Below are positions 59,807 to 64,000 of a DNA stretch of 64,000 nt, one piece after another; positions within the stretch are counted from its first letter, which is position 1; each line of letters opens with the position of its first letter. Below the pieces are notes generated by a model, which searched no databases, was not told where the DNA came from, and saw nothing but the letters and a program-made list of their open reading frames with translations. The stretch is from contig JAJXTI010000001.1 of the NCBI GenBank assembly GCA_021783915.1, forward strand, positions 1,540 to 65,539, read 5' to 3'. Made by a program: the position numbers and the translations under genes. This stretch comes from a bacterium. GTDB taxonomy: Bacteria > Omnitrophota > Gorgyraeia > Zapsychrales > Fredricksoniimonadaceae.

Positions 59807-61651
59807 ATGAGAATATTTTTATCTAGAAGTTTGAGCATATTGCTGGTAACTGCTTTTGTGTTTTCCAACATGGTTCCTTTAGCGGCACTGGCCCAAGAAC
59901 AGGGCCTTGACCAAAATATGCCCCAAAAGGAAGAGCCACCGTTAAACCCGCAAGGAGGCCCTGCTAAGCCCGCGGAGTTAATTAACCTGTTGGTCGGAGA
60001 TGTCCAGAAGATTGAAACCAAGAACCTGACTAGGGTCGCCGTTACCGATCCTGCCATTGTAGATATTTCAGATGTAAAACCAGGAGGAATCTTTGTTGTC
60101 GGCAAAAGACCAGGACAGACGCAGGTCTTTGTTTGGGATGACGGCGGCAAACGCGGCATTACCATCCGCGTTGCCATTGAAGACCTGGACATGCTTAAAA
60201 CCAGGATCCAGGAAGTCATTGACAGGGCGCAGATAAAAGGGGTCTCTTTAGACAAAGATGTTTACGAAGGCAAGCTTGTTTTGTCCGGAGCGATCACAAA
60301 AGAGGACAAAGACACCTTGGACAAGATCATGGAACCTTTCAGCGACAGGATCATCAACTTGGTCAAAAAAAAGGTGATTGAAGATTTGGTGGAAATAGAC
60401 ATGCAGATCATGGAGATTAATGTAACGTTTGAAAAGAACCTTGGCATAGATTGGAGCAACGCCTTCACCGCCGCTTCTTCTGGAAACAACGGGACCACCG
60501 GCGCCAATCTTTTGCAGCCAAGCTATCAAGAAACGCTCCCCAGCCTTAACGGCAAGCCGGAAGACTTCTTTAAGATTGGCAAATTTTACCGGACCACACC
60601 CCTTCAGGCGAACGTCAACGCTTTAATCAACGAAGGGAAGGCAAGGATCCTTTCTAAACCCAGACTGTTAGTTCTTAACGGCAAGGAAGCGAGCTTCCTG
60701 GTCGGTGGTGAAATCCCGATCCAAAACACCACGACCTCTTCCAGCAGCACAACCACCCAAACAAGCACGACATTTAAGCAGTACGGGGTCAATGTGGTCG
60801 TTACTCCAACAATAAGGGAAGGCAAAATTGATATTTTGCTGAACGTTCAAATCAGCGATATTGATCCTTCAACCCCTATAACCAGCGGGGACGTGGCTTA
60901 CGTGACTCGCCAGGCGCAAACGGAACTGTTTTTGGATAATATGCAGACGGTCGTGTTGGCGGGGTTGATAAAGCATAATGATTCGAATACCGTAAAGAGA
61001 GTGGCCTTTTTAGGCAACATTCCTGTCATCGGGGCTTTGTTTAGGAATCGAGACAAAGGGCCCAATAAGGACACAGAAGTTGTGATTACCTTGACCCCTA
61101 TAATTTTAAAATCCAAAAAGCTTGCCACGGACCAGGTGGTCATGCCCTCCAAGCGTCTGAACAGGCTTAAAAATGAAGTGGAAAGTAATTTTGATAAAGA
61201 ACCATTGAGCGCCCTTACCAATCCCAAACAAGAACTCCTCAAGAGCCCCCTTAAGAGTGTTGAGACAAGAACCGTTCTCAATCCAGCCATGACAACGCCA
61301 TTGGTGGATGTTCCAGACACAGCGCTATTGCCTTATGTGAGGGACATTCAATTAAGGATTTCTCAGGCCATTTCGTACCCTTATGAAGCGATACAAAAAA
61401 ATTGGGAAGGCACCGTGAAATTAAGGCTGCGCATCCTCAGGGACGGTTCTTTGGCCGATTGTGACCTGCTCGAGAGTTCCGGGCACGATATTTTTGACAG
61501 AGACGCCCTTAATACGGCAAAAATGGTGGCCCCATTCTCACCTTTCCCTGAGCAGATGCACCGGAAGGATTTGGTGGTGACAGTCCCTATTGTCTATAAC
61601 CAGCACAGCGTTTCCAGAGGCAACACGCAGACGGTAGTGGCCTCTTATTAA
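59807..61651 (+). CDS. cpaC: CpaC/RcpA-type secretin with C-terminal TonB domain
   Basis: RVAVTDPAIVD pilus-formation N domain; ILSKPRL..ASFLVGGEIP..IPVIGALF secretin; YPYEA..WEGTV..GSL..SSG..FDRDAL TonB_C. Confidence 0.88.
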   Translation: MRIFLSRSLSILLVTAFVFSNMVPLAALAQEQGLDQNMPQKEEPPLNPQGGPAKPAELINLLVGDVQKIETKNLTRVAVTDPAIVDISDVKPGGIFVVGKRPGQTQVFVWDDGGKRGITIRVAIEDLDMLKTRIQEVIDRAQIKGVSLDKDVYEGKLVLSGAITKEDKDTLDKIMEPFSDRIINLVKKKVIEDLVEIDMQIMEINVTFEKNLGIDWSNAFTAASSGNNGTTGANLLQPSYQETLPSLNGKPEDFFKIGKFYRTTPLQANVNALINEGKARILSKPRLLVLNGKEASFLVGGEIPIQNTTTSSSSTTTQTSTTFKQYGVNVVVTPTIREGKIDILLNVQISDIDPSTPITSGDVAYVTRQAQTELFLDNMQTVVLAGLIKHNDSNTVKRVAFLGNIPVIGALFRNRDKGPNKDTEVVITLTPIILKSKKLATDQVVMPSKRLNRLKNEVESNFDKEPLSALTNPKQELLKSPLKSVETRTVLNPAMTTPLVDVPDTALLPYVRDIQLRISQAISYPYEAIQKNWEGTVKLRLRILRDGSLADCDLLESSGHDIFDRDALNTAKMVAPFSPFPEQMHRKDLVVTVPIVYNQHSVSRGNTQTVVASY

Positions 61652-61653
61652 GA

Positions 61654-62802
61654 ATGCTCAACTATCAAAATAGTTTTCTCCCAAGGATTGTTTTCTTTTC
61701 CAGCACAGGCATTCTTTTTTTATCCTCGATGTCTTACGCGGGACTGTCCCGGGATCAGATCATGCAAAGGGAGATGGACTGCGTTAACAGACATCTTCAA
61801 GAAGGAAAAATGTCGTGGCAGGACGTTTGTTATACCGGCTCCTCTAAGGATGGCGGGAGACGACGGGTAATCAATGAGCAAATGAATCAAATAGAGGAGC
61901 AGGGGCAACAAGTTTCCGACACTCAGCGGCAACCGGCCCTGGGGGATCAAACGGGGCAAACACCTTCGGCAGAAAAACAACCAACAGAAATTTCGCAGGA
62001 AACTCCAAAGAAACGGTATTCATTGGCCCCTGCAAGAGTCCATACATTTGACATAGGGGTGGATCCTTATTATAACCGCTATAACGAACACGATACCGGT
62101 GTTTTCTTAACGGGCGCCATGGTCGGTTATTATGGGAACTATGCTTTCCGTCCTCCCAAGGGGAACGTATTGAACAATGAAATCCTTGATTTTTACAGTT
62201 TACAAGGCCACTACGCTCAAGGCAAATTAGATTATAAAGGTTCAGGGACCGACAATGGTTACCCCAATAAGATGTTTGAGGTCAGGGGGCTGGTGGGCAA
62301 GGATTTTGATTTTACTGATTCTTCACGCGTAACGGGCTATTTTGGCTATGGGTACCGTTTTTTGCAAGACAACAGCCAAGGGCAGATGACCTCAACGGGC
62401 GCCTGGGGATACCATCGCAGGTCTCATTATTTTTATATTCCTATAGGCGCCACAGCGGACATCCCCACTGGTAAAGATACTCAGGTGAGTTTGAACCTCG
62501 AATACGACTACTTTATTCAGGGATACCAAAAAAGCTGTCTGAGCGATGGCAACCACTTTACCACCCATGGGCTTAGCACAGACGTCAAAAACCATCAAGA
62601 CAATGGTTTTGGCCTGCGCGGTTCAGTGAGGTTTTTGAAACACTATCCCCAACTGGACGTGTATTTTGAACCCTTCATCCGTTTTTGGAACATCGAGGAT
62701 TCGAAAGTGGAAGACACCATAATCGACGGAAAATTTTCAAGTGGTTTGGAGCCCCACAATACAACCGTTGAGACTGGATCCAAATTTGGCGTTCAGTTTT
62801 AA
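61654..62802 (+). CDS. Probable outer-membrane beta-barrel protein
   Basis: Signal peptide, Tyr/Gly-rich amphipathic strands, C-terminal GVQF. Confidence 0.7.
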   Translation: MLNYQNSFLPRIVFFSSTGILFLSSMSYAGLSRDQIMQREMDCVNRHLQEGKMSWQDVCYTGSSKDGGRRRVINEQMNQIEEQGQQVSDTQRQPALGDQTGQTPSAEKQPTEISQETPKKRYSLAPARVHTFDIGVDPYYNRYNEHDTGVFLTGAMVGYYGNYAFRPPKGNVLNNEILDFYSLQGHYAQGKLDYKGSGTDNGYPNKMFEVRGLVGKDFDFTDSSRVTGYFGYGYRFLQDNSQGQMTSTGAWGYHRRSHYFYIPIGATADIPTGKDTQVSLNLEYDYFIQGYQKSCLSDGNHFTTHGLSTDVKNHQDNGFGLRGSVRFLKHYPQLDVYFEPFIRFWNIEDSKVEDTIIDGKFSSGLEPHNTTVETGSKFGVQF

Positions 62803-62842
62803 ATGCTTTACGCGGTGAATCTAAATCCCCTGATGACAAAAT

Positions 62843-62881
62843 AAAAAACCGTGGTACAATAGAAGTTGTCCGCGGTTTTTT
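62843..62881 (+). terminator. Intrinsic terminator-like hairpin
   Basis: AAAAAACCGTGG...CCGCGGTTTTTT. Confidence 0.55.
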
Positions 62882-62966
62882 CGTTCCTCGTTAGTCGTCC
62901 TTCGTAAGAAATAGGAAACGAAATGCCAGATGTTTATAGGAACAACAAACACGCAGAATTCAAAAA

Positions 62967-64000
62967 ATGTCTTGCAAAATCATAACAGTATTTAGCAATA
63001 AAGGAGGGGTGGGAAAGACCTTTGTTTCAGTCAACGTGGCTGCCGCTCTGACTCTTAAGGGCAAGAAAGTTCTGACCGTTGATTTAGATCTTCAGGCCGG
63101 ACAGAACATGGCGCGCATGTTTAATTTGACGCCTTCTTTCTCGTTGGTGGATCTCCTGGAGACTGATGAAAAAGATCAGAACATCCCCAAATATGCCACG
63201 GCCCATTCCAGCGGACTGGATTTTATCCCCGCCATCAATAACCTCGGCCAAGTGGGGCACCTCACCGCAGACAACGTGCGGCCATTTTTTAAAAAAGCGT
63301 CAACCATTTATGATTATATCATCATCGACGCAGATAAGATATTTACTGAGACCCTCATCAGTATTTTAGACAACACCAATTTAATATTGCTTGTCACGAC
63401 CCCAGACATCCTGGCTGTCTACCAGGCCAAGAACAGCCTCGACATTTTACAGGGCCTGCATTTCCCGTTAAAGATGTCAAAATTGATCTTAAACCGGGCG
63501 GAAAGCCGGGGAGGAGTGGCCTGGCAAGAAGTGCAGAGTGTTCTGTCTTGTGAAATCCTTTCCCTTGTCCCATCCGATGGAAGGACCGTGGGTCTGGCTT
63601 TAAACAGGGGGATTCCTTGCGTTATCGACAGCCCCAAGACGCGTGTCTCCGAAGTGTTTTTTGAATTGGCGGACAAACTCCAATCGGAAGAAATCTACGT
63701 ACCATCTTCCGATATCGTTAAGGTGCGCGCTGTTGATGGTGTCGTCCCCAAGGGCAACGCATTCTGGCAGAAATTTGGCATTGCTTTCGACACCTCTTCA
63801 CCGATACAGGCGTCGTATAAAAAAGAAGAAGACGATCTCATCAAATTAAAGAAGGCGATCCACCACAAACTTGTTGAGAAGATGAATTTGAAAAAAATAT
63901 CGACGGAAATTTTGACTGACGCGCAACAGTCCGCCAATATCCGAAAAGCGGCGGAAAAAGTCGTCACGGAGCTGCTCGCGGAAACTTCAGGGGCCATTAT
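62967..64000 (+). CDS. CpaE/TadZ (MinD-like) ATPase continuing into a CpaF/TadA-like region; runs off window end
   Basis: Manual translation MSCKIITVFSNKGGVGKT..DLDLQAG..YDYIIID..ALNRGIP then LKKAIHHKLVEKMNL; no stop before 64000. Confidence 0.8.
   Translation, partial: MSCKIITVFSNKGGVGKTFVSVNVAAALTLKGKKVLTVDLDLQAGQNMARMFNLTPSFSLVDLLETDEKDQNIPKYATAHSSGLDFIPAINNLGQVGHLTADNVRPFFKKASTIYDYIIIDADKIFTETLISILDNTNLILLVTTPDILAVYQAKNSLDILQGLHFPLKMSKLILNRAESRGGVAWQEVQSVLSCEILSLVPSDGRTVGLALNRGIPCVIDSPKTRVSEVFFELADKLQSEEIYVPSSDIVKVRAVDGVVPKGNAFWQKFGIAFDTSSPIQASYKKEEDDLIKLKKAIHHKLVEKMNLKKISTEILTDAQQSANIRKAAEKVVTELLAETSGAI

Overview
Bacterial chromosome segment spanning the replication origin. Gene content and order (origin-proximal Tad cluster, giant signal-peptide protein ending in a GGIDL motif, short pheT) suggest Candidatus Omnitrophota, which is my inference. 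Left of oriC the housekeeping genes lie mostly on the minus strand (gltX, ymdB, rny, rarA, 6S RNA, hppA, pheST, infC-rpmI-rplT, thrS, tRNAs, rpoZ, gmk, ndk, parAB, yidC, rpmH). Right of oriC they lie on the plus strand (dnaA, dnaN, dciA, gyrBA, tRNA-Glu, mdh, Tad genes). Three things stand out. (1) A ~9.2 kb integrative element (4044-13235) sits in tRNA-Gln and carries a tyrosine recombinase, a type III R-M system and a large serine recombinase. The att site lies inside the serine recombinase 3' end, so excision would swap its C-terminal tail. (2) A 3043-aa protein inserted between thrS and infC appears to fuse two membrane-fusion-protein domains, a TolC-like domain and membrane/enzyme-like domains behind an internal second signal peptide. 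(3) The Tad cluster has secretin-TonB and CpaE-CpaF fusions. Three genes missing from the ORF track were read by hand: an 11-heme cytochrome c/cytochrome b fusion (truncated, 1-1612), rpmH, and the CpaE-CpaF gene (truncated). All family assignments are by motif recognition, with no database searches.
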